Virus record (IMG/VR): IMGVR_UViG_3300007735_000784
Location: 7,238 to 71,237 of that record
Strand: one strand, 5' to 3'
Origin: a virus
Length of the DNA: 64,000 nucleotides
In this document: one piece after another, positions 21,330 to 29,574 of the stretch
How positions within the stretch are numbered: position 1 is the first letter of the stretch
How the letters are laid out: the number at the start of each line of letters is the position of its first letter
The notes under the pieces: generated by a model
What the model saw: the letters and a program-made list of their open reading frames with translations, nothing else
Database searches by the model: none
What the model was told of the DNA's origin: nothing
Program-made: the position numbers and the translations under genes

Positions 21330-21905
21330 TTAATAAATTTCTCCGTCCTCTGTAAATTCATATTTATTAGCTTCTATTGTTTCACTAATATATTCGTCTG
21401 AGTCCATCCAGTCAAAGTCCTTTTCAGCTATTTCCTCATAACTTGGTATCTCTAGGTCTAAGTTAGTGGTATGCTTGTCTGGATTCCGTAAAAAATCAAT
21501 GATAGGTTGTAAAAAGTCAAAGTCATAACATACTCCCGTTAGTGGGCAGTTGTCCAGGTTATTAGTTTTGAATACTTTTGATAATCTAACCTTTACCGGA
21601 TTATCATATTTATACTGAAAATAGGAGTTTTTAATTTTCCCGTCTGCGTGTTTGCTTATCCGGTTTGTATCGGTCCAAAGGTGGCTTAAATTATTTTGGA
21701 TCCATGCAACAAGTCTGGCGCCTTTAATTTCCTCCTGTATGTGTCTGAGGTCTTTATATATCTTCTCTGCGGCCTTGTAACTTGCAAGCCTATCAGGTCC
21801 CCAAAAGTCATCATTGTCCTGGTACCTGTAGTTATTTATTGCAGTCTGTTTAGCTTCTTCGCTGAGTTCAGCAAATTTGTATAATTTAATTTCGATGGTT
21901 TTCAT
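21330..21905 (-). CDS. Phage hypothetical protein
   Basis: MKTIEIKLYKFAELSEEAKQ.AI ... IEANKYEFTEDG termini, a recurrent phage family pattern. Confidence 0.65.
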   Translation of the reverse strand: MKTIEIKLYKFAELSEEAKQTAINNYRYQDNDDFWGPDRLASYKAAEKIYKDLRHIQEEIKGARLVAWIQNNLSHLWTDTNRISKHADGKIKNSYFQYKYDNPVKVRLSKVFKTNNLDNCPLTGVCYDFDFLQPIIDFLRNPDKHTTNLDLEIPSYEEIAEKDFDWMDSDEYISETIEANKYEFTEDGEIY

Positions 21906-22142
21906 GGTCGTTAATTTAGTGGTTATTAATTAAAGTTTGCGTTTCGTATTATAGTAGCGTTTTAATTTTATCTTCTGCCTCTTGTTGACTATTAGCGTAT
22001 ACAATATATGTACTTCGGTCAATTATTATTCTATATTGTTTCATAGTATATAAGCTATTAAATTAATAATATAAACTATACCGGCTAGCCATAGCATCCA
22101 GCCGTAAATTAGTAGGTCTTTAATGAGTGTTTTAAATTTCAT

Positions 22143-23123
22143 GGTTTCAATTATTGGTTACGTCTATATAAACGGTAGCTAATTATTAATGTTTCATTTA
22201 TTATGCTATATTTGTATAATTATTTACTAATTAGTAGCTAACTTGCTTATAATCAATGAGTATAAATTAATCAGGAAATAAGGGTTAAAATAAGCTATTT
22301 AAGCGGCTAATTAGTATAGTGTTGAGTATTAATACTATAACCGTTTGTAAGCGTTTAATTCTATTAGGTATATGGGCTGCTTATTATCTAAAGTTGGCGT
22401 TTTATATATAAGCCTCTCCCCTATATATAACATAAGCCTATAACCACTTCTGGACCTTACCTAAAAATTAAGGAGAAAATTAAAAATAAGGCGGGGGTGT
22501 TGGTTCTTTACTCCAGGTCAATGGCTGCTGCCGGTCCTCATTTCCTTTTATGATTGCTTTATTTGTGTGCCTTTCAACATGTCTTTAATTAGTCTTATAA
22601 TATTTATTATGTTAAGTAGCTATTTTAGTGGGCTTATTCTTCTGCTTCTGCTATGTTGTTGCATCAGCCCCTCCCCTACTCTATCATGTTTGCTTTATTT
22701 ATTATTATTCATTGGCTTAATTAGCTTTATCCCTTTGTTTATGGGGGTTGCCAGTGAGTGATGGTCCCTTTTATATTGGGTTTTGGTTTTGATCTTGCGT
22801 CTGGGGGGTGGGTTTCGGGATTAATTTCCCTTTGGACCACCCCCACCCGTCAATTTTTAACGGTAACTCCCCCTTCCCACCTATAAAAATTTTATTTTTT
22901 ATTTTTTTTAATTTTAGTGGGGGTTAATTAGTGAAATTAGTGGTATAAAAATGAAACTTTAAATTAGTGGCTGCGTTAAATAGGGTAAATTAGTTATTTT
23001 TGGCGATAAATGGGTGATATTTTAGAATGTAATATATTGATAATCAATAGTGGGTTATAAAAATCACCGAGCCGAGCCAAAATAAAAAAAGCGACAAAAT
23101 AGTAATTAATTAAAATAAGGGAT
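22143..23123. other. ~1-kb non-coding divergence region (candidate origin or genome-end region)
   Basis: Coding strand switches here; G/C tracts, GGGGGTGG...CCACCCCC inverted repeat near 22803-22845, TTAGTGG repeats. Confidence 0.45.
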
Positions 23124-23402
23124 ATGTTATTAATAAATCCAGATTTAGAGTTTCCGAAAAGATCGGATAATATTTTTAAGCCGATGACTGCTGCCTCTGC
23201 GGCTAAAATAACGCATGAGGCTAACATAAAAGGGTTAGAGCAGGACATTGCTACTATAGCTAGGCTGATATATGAGGCAGCGAATGGAGGTCTTAATTTT
23301 ATAGTAAGGGAGAAGGTGATGAAAGATGTACTAGATTATTATAAGGGATTAGGATATATAGTAAGTGTTGATAGTAATGGAGATTGGAGAATAGAGTGGT
23401 AA
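23124..23402 (+). CDS. Hypothetical protein
   Basis: 92-aa ORF. Confidence 0.55.
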   Translation: MLLINPDLEFPKRSDNIFKPMTAASAAKITHEANIKGLEQDIATIARLIYEAANGGLNFIVREKVMKDVLDYYKGLGYIVSVDSNGDWRIEW

Positions 23403-23433
23403 TTTACGAAACGCAAACTTTAGATAAGCAGTT

Positions 23434-23823
23434 ATGGAAATAGCAGAATTAAGGATAGGTAACCTATATAAATCCACTAAATTTAGATTACCGGTTACTT
23501 GCAAGTTGTCGGATTTAGTTGAGATATACCACATGGCTGATGGGGCCGAGGTTGATAAGTACCATGTGTTAAGTGTGTTTGCGCCTATACCTATTACGGA
23601 AGATTGGGTGATAGCTTTTGGATTTAAGAAGCATGAACTATGTATCCCTGATATGTATATTAAGGATGGTTGTGGGTTTTCTATTAAGTATAGGAAAGAA
23701 AATGGTTTTACTGTTGGGTATAGGTATGGCTATGTTTATTTAAAGTATGTCCATCAGTTGCAGGATCTTTATTTTGCTTTAATGGGGAGTGAGCTTATTT
23801 ATGAAACGCAAATTATATTTTAA
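23434..23823 (+). CDS. Bacteroidota-phage-type hypothetical protein
   Basis: ELRIGN...PIPITEDW...FGF...YVHQLQ.LYFAL.G.EL pattern. Confidence 0.65.
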   Translation: MEIAELRIGNLYKSTKFRLPVTCKLSDLVEIYHMADGAEVDKYHVLSVFAPIPITEDWVIAFGFKKHELCIPDMYIKDGCGFSIKYRKENGFTVGYRYGYVYLKYVHQLQDLYFALMGSELIYETQIIF

Positions 23824-24032
23824 TGGAAATATTAGTTAACAATCAACCGGCCATAAGAATTAGTGGCAAGGTGATTAAGGTGTACAAGGATAACTTCACG
23901 AAGAAGGTAAGCCGGTTATGTGATTGTGATGGGGATAAGGTGTGGTTCCCTGGGAGTAGTGTTAGGGATAATGATGATGGGACTATTGATATACAGGAGT
24001 GGATATACTATAAGAAGTTTCCAAATGGTTAA
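23823..24032 (+). CDS. Hypothetical protein
   Basis: 69-aa coupled ORF (VWFP.S...I.EW.Y.KK). Confidence 0.55.
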   Translation: MEILVNNQPAIRISGKVIKVYKDNFTKKVSRLCDCDGDKVWFPGSSVRDNDDGTIDIQEWIYYKKFPNG

Positions 24033-24228
24033 AACGCAAACTTTAGATAAGATGAGAGATTTAGATTTAGCAGCTTCTCCCCCATTGGGAAAGAGAAAGA
24101 GTAGTGATTGGCACAGAGGAGTAAAAGTGCTAATGCTATATTGGGAAAAGATGAGAGAGTATAGAGAGATAGAAGATAGATTTAATAGCAACGCCAAAGT
24201 TAGCGTTTCCGCACATGGTTCCAGATAA
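24025..24228 (+). CDS. Hypothetical protein
   Basis: Probable ATG 24025 (MVKTQTLDK...). Confidence 0.4.
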   Translation: MVKTQTLDKMRDLDLAASPPLGKRKSSDWHRGVKVLMLYWEKMREYREIEDRFNSNAKVSVSAHGSR

Positions 24229-24736
24229 AAAAATAGCAGCCGCACAGCATTGGATTGACATAATGTATCCAGGCATCACCGACCCTATTAAAATAGAGAA
24301 GTTAAAGAAGGAGTATTTCTCCATGACCAAGAACGTGGCAGTCCGGCCAAAGAAGTACCCAAAGAAAAAGAAAATAGTGGTTCGGTATAAGTACAAAATC
24401 ACCACTAGAAACTTCCTCACACTAATTAAGGCTGAGAGAAACCACATCTTTAAAAGATTAAGGGAGTTTGGGGTGAAGCTCAGTTATGTGCAGCTTAGGT
24501 ATTTAATCCTTATTACTTATGAGCAGCTATATGACTATCCGCTTAAAGTATCACTAAAGAGGATGGGGATTAATCGTATTAAAACGCAAACCTTAGAGGA
24601 TCAGGGAGTCCTAAAAGACGGGGAATTAACCGACCTTGGTAAAATAGTTTACAACGAATGTATTAATGTAGTGGTTACTAGGAGTGGGTTTGAGGTGAAA
24701 GAAAGTAGTTTTAGGTATTGGATTTTTGAACAATAA
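24215..24736 (+). CDS. Basic protein with probable winged-HTH C-terminus
   Basis: LSYVQLRYL...LEDQGVL...LTDLGK. Confidence 0.45.
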   Translation: MVPDKKIAAAQHWIDIMYPGITDPIKIEKLKKEYFSMTKNVAVRPKKYPKKKKIVVRYKYKITTRNFLTLIKAERNHIFKRLREFGVKLSYVQLRYLILITYEQLYDYPLKVSLKRMGINRIKTQTLEDQGVLKDGELTDLGKIVYNECINVVVTRSGFEVKESSFRYWIFEQ

Positions 24737-24759
24737 TTGTATAATTTGTAACTTTAATT

Positions 24760-24767
24760 TATCTTTG
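24760..24767 (+). promoter_or_regulatory. Bacteroidota -7 promoter element upstream of the cassette array
   Basis: TATCTTTG ahead of ATG 24784. Confidence 0.55.
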
Positions 24768-24783
24768 GCGTTAAATAACATAT

Positions 24784-25002
24784 ATGGAAGAAACTAAAGT
24801 TGGCGTTTCGACAGAACGTAAAACAGGATACTACTGGATAGTATATAAGAGAAGAAAATGGATCTTCTATTATAATAAGGATAAGGAAGAATGGTATGAC
24901 GTTCTTAATTATAAGCGGTATTATGATTATGACTTTGATAAAATATACGAAACGCAACTTTTAGCTCCGGCTAATGAACCTAGTGAAAACTATAAGTGGT
25001 AG
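24784..25002 (+). CDS. Hypothetical protein
   Basis: 72-aa ORF ending 5 nt before the first TAAC of the array. Confidence 0.55.
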   Translation: MEETKVGVSTERKTGYYWIVYKRRKWIFYYNKDKEEWYDVLNYKRYYDYDFDKIYETQLLAPANEPSENYKW

Positions 25003-25007
25003 ACCGC

Positions 25008-25133
25008 TAACGTTTTGCGTGTATAAGAAGTGGCGGAATTAAAGCATAAAATTAACTTGAAAGCAATGCAGTTGAATATAACACTAATGTTTCTAAATGG
25101 CACAAAACCCGCCATTTTTTATACACGCTGTTA
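25008..25133 (+). repeat. Hairpin element E1
   Basis: TAAC GTTTT GCGTGTATAAGAAGTGGCGG ... CCGCCATTTTTTATACACGC T GTTA. Confidence 0.85.
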
Positions 25134-25163
25134 TGTGTATGTGGCGGTTTAAATAACGAAAAT

Positions 25164-25412
25164 ATGAAGATAAAAGCAATTTACATTAAGAACTTAAAAA
25201 TGAGTGAAGGCAAAGTTGCTGCACAAGTGGCACACGCTGTTAAGAATTTAGGAATAACGCCAACTGATTGTGATATAATAGTTTTAGGTGTTTCAACCAC
25301 TAAGTTTAATGAATTAACAGCACAGCACGAATGTTACATTCAACGAGATAAAGGATTAACAGAAGTAGAAAGTGGTACAGCAACAGCAGCGGCTTGGATA
25401 GATGTTCCGTAG
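25164..25412 (+). CDS. Minimal peptidyl-tRNA hydrolase Pth2-like protein (cassette 1)
   Basis: LKMSEGKVAAQVAHA and I.RDKGLTEVE.GT.T match PTH2 family signatures. Confidence 0.7.
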   Translation: MKIKAIYIKNLKMSEGKVAAQVAHAVKNLGITPTDCDIIVLGVSTTKFNELTAQHECYIQRDKGLTEVESGTATAAAWIDVP

Positions 25413-25480
25413 CCATTACATGTAACGAACAAGTATTTTAGTAGTGCGATTAATAGCAGAAAGTAACAATGAAACAAGAA

Positions 25481-25564
25481 TAACGGGTTGCGGCTTTGCG
25501 AAGTTGCTTAAAACACATAATATGGAAAAATACAGATTGATACAATTTTGCAAAGCCGCTGTTA
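25481..25564 (+). repeat. Hairpin element E2
   Basis: TAAC GGGTT GCGGCTTTGCGAAGTTG ... CAATTTTGCAAAGCCGC T GTTA. Confidence 0.85.
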
Positions 25565-25677
25565 GCAGTAGGTTCGTACCTATTCGCTATTACTTAATAG
25601 AGTTTTTCTGTTGGGTAATTTGCGGAATTGATTTTTACAAAAATTATCAAAGGTTCTATAAACGAACTTACCGCTAA
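25522..25677 (+). CDS. Small hypothetical protein (cassette 2)
   Basis: ATG in E2 loop (MEKYRLIQFCKAAVSSRF...); stop is the TAA of the next TAAC. Confidence 0.45.
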   Translation: MEKYRLIQFCKAAVSSRFVPIRYYLIEFFCWVICGIDFYKNYQRFYKRTYR

Positions 25678-25801
25678 CGTTTTCGGGCTTTGTGTCCGTT
25701 GGCGAATTAAACCACAAATGTTAAATTAAAAACAAATATTGATTATGAGCAAAAAAGTTGAATTGAAAGACAAAACCGCCAATGGCACAAAAACCGTGTT
25801 A
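25675..25801 (+). repeat. Hairpin element E3
   Basis: TAAC GTTTT CGGGCTTTGTGTCCGTTGGCG ... CGCCAATGGCACAAAAACCG T GTTA. Confidence 0.85.
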
Positions 25802-26026
25802 GGCGTAGGTTTTTATCGCTGTGGCCACTGTGGGCAACCGACAGATAAAGATGGTGAGCCGTTGGATTTAGAAGCGTGTAAAACATGGCAAGCAGATAAA
25901 GCAGAGTTAGTGCATGGAAATTGTTGCGTGCATGAACTACGCCAACGGCAGACAATTATAGTAACGAGGGATATGGCTATTGATGCAGGAGATATGTCGC
26001 TGGAGGGTCAGGAGTGGGTTTGGTAA
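25745..26026 (+). CDS. Small Zn-finger-like protein (cassette 3)
   Basis: ATG in E3 loop; CGHCG...HGNCC, VTRDMAIDAGD..LEG. Confidence 0.6.
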   Translation: MSKKVELKDKTANGTKTVLGVGFYRCGHCGQPTDKDGEPLDLEACKTWQADKAELVHGNCCVHELRQRQTIIVTRDMAIDAGDMSLEGQEWVW

Positions 26027-26035
26027 ACTTACGCC

Positions 26036-26123
26036 TAACGTTTTGCGTATATGAGAAGTGGCACTTGTAGAATGTTGATGTTTAGCACAAATGTTTATGT
26101 GCAATTTCTTATATACGCTGTTA
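26036..26123 (+). repeat. Hairpin element E4
   Basis: TAAC GTTTT GCGTATATGAGAAGTGGCAC ... GTGCAATTTCTTATATACGC T GTTA. Confidence 0.85.
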
Positions 26124-26228
26124 TGTTCTCGTTGCGGTTTATTAACTAAAAACTTAAATCGAATCACAGAAGTAGTATTTATTTTTTTGTGCGGTGGCAA
26201 AAATTAATTTGAAAAATTAAAAAGAATT

Positions 26229-26987
26229 ATGAGTAAGAATATAGAATTAGACAAGTTTTATACACCAAAAGAAACGGCAAGACAATGTATTGAATTGTTT
26301 TTTGAAACATTTACTGATACGACTGAAATAATTGAACCAAGCGCAGGAAATGGTAATTTCAGTTTACAAATACCAAACTGTATTGCTTATGATTTAGAAC
26401 CCGAACACGAAAGTATAATAAGGCAAGATTTTCTTAAACTGGATTTACCTTACAAGAAAGGTAGAGCATTTATTGGAAACCCACCTTTCGGAGATAGAAA
26501 CAATCTTGCGAGAAGTTTTTACAAACACGCTTGTAAAATGGGTGATATGATTGGTTTTATACTCCCAATAAGCCAACTCGAAAATAGTGATAGTTTATAT
26601 CATTTTGACTTGATTAAAAGTGTTGATTTAGGTGTATTAGAATATAGTAATATGAAAGTACATTGCTGTTTCAATTTGTACAAAAGACCAAAGAATGGTA
26701 AACTAAATAGTAAGCCTAAATTAAGTAGTGAATTATTTACAATACATAGAGACGACCAAGATGGTTATAATGAACTTGATTATGATTTATGTATATTTAG
26801 GCGAGGTGCAAGTAGTGGTAAAGAAAAATTTACTGACTTACATACACAAACATATAAGATTGTTGTAAATGATAAAACCAATGTTGAGTATGTTAGAAAT
26901 ACTATATTGAAATTTGATTGGCAGAATTACAAGAAACACCAATCAGCACCAAGTATTAGTAAAAATGATATTTATAGACTTTTTTAA
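26229..26987 (+). CDS. DNA amino-methyltransferase, N6-adenine type (cassette 4)
   Basis: DKFYTP, IEPSAGNG (motif I) then GNPPFG (motif IV). Confidence 0.8.
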   Translation: MSKNIELDKFYTPKETARQCIELFFETFTDTTEIIEPSAGNGNFSLQIPNCIAYDLEPEHESIIRQDFLKLDLPYKKGRAFIGNPPFGDRNNLARSFYKHACKMGDMIGFILPISQLENSDSLYHFDLIKSVDLGVLEYSNMKVHCCFNLYKRPKNGKLNSKPKLSSELFTIHRDDQDGYNELDYDLCIFRRGASSGKEKFTDLHTQTYKIVVNDKTNVEYVRNTILKFDWQNYKKHQSAPSISKNDIYRLF

Positions 26988-27063
26988 AAAGCGAGGGAAG
27001 AAAAAATAAATACGGTATGATACCACAAAACTATAATCGAAGCACAATTGTAGCAATGGAGCA

Positions 27064-27152
27064 TAACGTATGGTGCTATGAGAAGGTTTGCCTTGCAGAA
27101 ATGTTCAAATTACCTAAAATGTTATTGGCAAACTTGCTTATAGCACGTGTTA
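27064..27152 (+). repeat. Hairpin element E5
   Basis: TAAC GTATG GTGCTATGAGAAGGTTTGCC ... GGCAAACTTGCTTATAGCAC GT GTTA. Confidence 0.85.
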
Positions 27153-27198
27153 CATGCAGTTTTTGTGCGTTGGATTAGTAAAAAATTAAAAGTAAAAT

Positions 27199-27804
27199 AT
27201 GAAGAAAGTATTGAATTTATTTGCAGGAATTGGGGGCAACAGAAAACATTGGAAAGATGTAGAAGTAACCGCAATAGAATACAATGAGGAAATTGCCAAT
27301 GTTTATAAGCAATTACATCCAAACGACAATGTTATCGTTGCTGATGCACACGAATATTTGACTAAACATTGGAGAGAGTTTGATTTTATATGGAGTAGCC
27401 CACCATGCCAAAGCCACAGCAAAGTTAGAATGATGGCAAGTAAAGGTGGAAGTTATGATGCTGTAATGCCTGATATGAGATTGTGGGCTGAAATAATCTT
27501 TTTGCAGAACTTTACAAAGAATACGGATATAAAGTTTGTGGTTGAAAATGTAAAACCATACTACGAACCATTTGTAAAACCAACAACAAAACTTGGTAGG
27601 CACTTATTTTGGGCAAACTTTGAAATACCACAAACTGAAATTAAAGACGGACTTACACACAATGAAAGAGGAAGTTCTGAAAAAGGTTATTTCGATTTGC
27701 GACCATATAAAATGGAACACAGGAAAGACCAGATTATTCGTAATTGCGTTGACCCCAATGTCGGAGATTACGTTCTTCGGTGTGCGTTGGGAAATTGCAC
27801 ATAA
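27199..27804 (+). CDS. C5-cytosine DNA methyltransferase, short form (cassette 5)
   Basis: LNLFAGIGG, SSPPCQSHS, VVENV, GRHLFW. Confidence 0.85.
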   Translation: MKKVLNLFAGIGGNRKHWKDVEVTAIEYNEEIANVYKQLHPNDNVIVADAHEYLTKHWREFDFIWSSPPCQSHSKVRMMASKGGSYDAVMPDMRLWAEIIFLQNFTKNTDIKFVVENVKPYYEPFVKPTTKLGRHLFWANFEIPQTEIKDGLTHNERGSSEKGYFDLRPYKMEHRKDQIIRNCVDPNVGDYVLRCALGNCT

Positions 27805-27861
27805 CGAACAGGGCTATACGCTCGGTTTGTTTTTCACAAACTGGCGTTATAGCCCATGTTA
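27802..27861 (+). repeat. Hairpin element E6 (minimal, 60 bp)
   Basis: TAAC GAACA GGGCTATACGCTCGGTTTGT TTTTC ACAAACTGGCGTTATAGCCC AT GTTA. Confidence 0.85.
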
Positions 27862-27921
27862 CCTGTCTGGTTTGTTTTTAATTTTTGTGGAAAGGAAGTC
27901 ACGCTTAAACGTATAATAGAT

Positions 27922-28272
27922 ATGAAAACTAACAAAGAAGAAAAAGAATACATAGAAAAATGCCTTGATGCCTACCAAAATGGAGGTGTGCTGTGGCTTA
28001 TTGAAAGGACTGATACAAATGAGTTCTGCTATAAAGAATTGAAGATGTGGCAAAGCAATAAGCCCGAAACGTGGAGAGATACATTATTGTGGTCAAAAGA
28101 CATTTCATTTTTCCATGTATTCTTTTTAACCAAAGAAGATGCTGAAAAGGAATTGCAAGAAAATATGTTTATGCAATTTACAGAAGGAGGTTGCCCTTGT
28201 TGTGGACACGGCTCAACTGAAATACCAATTGCAATTACTGAACACGAATTTGTGCGGATGGGGAAAAAATAA
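27922..28272 (+). CDS. Hypothetical protein (cassette 6)
   Basis: Probable ATG 27922 (MKTNKEEK); VLWLIER...CPCCG...ITEHEFV. Confidence 0.55.
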   Translation: MKTNKEEKEYIEKCLDAYQNGGVLWLIERTDTNEFCYKELKMWQSNKPETWRDTLLWSKDISFFHVFFLTKEDAEKELQENMFMQFTEGGCPCCGHGSTEIPIAITEHEFVRMGKK

Positions 28273-28287
28273 AAACAAACTTGCAGG

Positions 28288-28393
28288 TAACGGTTCGGGT
28301 ATTGCCGTTCGCTGTGTTCACAAATTAGATGCGTTCATGATTCGTGAACAGATGAAAATAATGAACAGCCACAATGACGGTAATACCATGTTA
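28288..28393 (+). repeat. Hairpin element E7
   Basis: TAAC GGTTCG GGTATTGCCGTT ... GACGGTAATACC AT GTTA. Confidence 0.75.
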
Positions 28394-28500
28394 TAAGATG
28401 GAGGTGGCGAGAAAAAAGGTTTGTAGTATCGGTTGGAAATCTGAAACCTTGAAATACCCATTAAGCTCGACAGTAGCCAACCATAGCCACCTCTTTCTTA

Positions 28501-28613
28501 TAACGTTGGGTATTGGCGTTGTTGCCTCACAAATGTTTAATTGAAATACTAAATTTAATATTATGAAAAAAGATAAATTGAAACACGAAAGCAATAACGC
28601 CAATGTGCTGTTA
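28501..28613 (+). repeat. Hairpin element E8
   Basis: TAAC GTTGG GTATTGGCGTTGTTGC ... GCAATAACGCCAATGTGC T GTTA. Confidence 0.85.
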
Positions 28614-28829
28614 TGTGCTGATAATTTTACGGGTTACTTCGATGATGCTAACAAACCAATTTTTGTTGGTGATAAATTGAAAAGCGAATGGAACTATGAA
28701 GTTATTGTTGTAAAAGACGAAGATGGTGATTACAGTGGAAAATTGGTTTGTGATAATAACCATAGTTGCAAAAACATTCCTTATGCTTTAAATAAAGGTA
28801 AAGGTTATAGTAAAATTATTTGCACATAA
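28563..28829 (+). CDS. YopX-like small protein (cassette 8)
   Basis: FTGYFDDANKPIFVGD resembles the YopX TG..D.NG..IYEGD motif; ATG in E8 loop, stop in the TAAC. Confidence 0.55.
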   Translation: MKKDKLKHESNNANVLLCADNFTGYFDDANKPIFVGDKLKSEWNYEVIVVKDEDGDYSGKLVCDNNHSCKNIPYALNKGKGYSKIICT

Positions 28830-28944
28830 CGTATGGGTATTGGCGAAGTTGCCGAACCGAAAGCTAAATTGAAAAACAAAAGTTGAAATTATGGACGAAA
28901 GTTTAATTGAAAAACAGAACGGCAATTTTGCCAATACCGTGTTA
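28827..28944 (+). repeat. Hairpin element E9
   Basis: TAAC GTATG GGTATTGGCGAAGTTGCCG ... CGGCAATTTTGCCAATACC GT GTTA. Confidence 0.85.
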
Positions 28945-29574
28945 GGTGCAGTGCCTTCTGTGGTGTATAATGAGGATTGTGTAGAGGCTTTAAAACGCTT
29001 TGACGATAACTACTTTGATATTGCTATTGTAGACCCACCTTATGGGCTTGGGAATAGATTAAGCGATGGAGGTGGCAAGCTAAAAAATACTCCTATGGCT
29101 GTGCTTTACAGAGATAAAGATTGGGATGTATTACCAACAGCCGAATATTGGGAGCAGTTGTTTAGAGTAAGCAAAAATCAAATGGTTTTTGGGGCTAATT
29201 ACTTTCTTGAATATTTGCCGAGCAGTAGAGGTATAATTTGTTGGGATAAAAAACAAGATATGCCAACGCTTTCGGCTTGGGAATTAGTTTGGACATCATT
29301 TGATAAGCCGAGCAAAATATACAAGAAAGTAAGCACAGATTTAGACCGCTTTCATCCAACCCAAAAACCTATTGGCGTTTATGATTTTTGCTTACATTTT
29401 GCAAAAGCACAGCCACAAATGAAAATGCTTGACACCCACGTTGGAAGTGGAAGTAGCAGAATAGCTGCCCATAAGATGGGGCTACAATACACAGGATTTG
29501 AAATTGATACAGAATATTATGAGAAACAAGAAAAGCGTTTTAAAGACTTCAAATCACAATTACGGTTGTTTTAG
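28891..29574 (+). CDS. Beta-class N4-C/N6-A DNA methyltransferase (cassette 9)
   Basis: IVDPPYG, HPTQKP, LDTHVGSGSS, GFEID. Confidence 0.85.
   Translation: MDESLIEKQNGNFANTVLGAVPSVVYNEDCVEALKRFDDNYFDIAIVDPPYGLGNRLSDGGGKLKNTPMAVLYRDKDWDVLPTAEYWEQLFRVSKNQMVFGANYFLEYLPSSRGIICWDKKQDMPTLSAWELVWTSFDKPSKIYKKVSTDLDRFHPTQKPIGVYDFCLHFAKAQPQMKMLDTHVGSGSSRIAAHKMGLQYTGFEIDTEYYEKQEKRFKDFKSQLRLF

Noticed and set aside
22567-22761. Hydrophobic 64-aa ORF in the divergence region
   Set aside because: Non-ATG start and low-complexity T-rich sequence; likely spurious
25008-28944. Hairpins as simple Rho-independent terminators
   Set aside because: No U-tails, long loops containing start codons, invariant TAAC/GTTA boundaries
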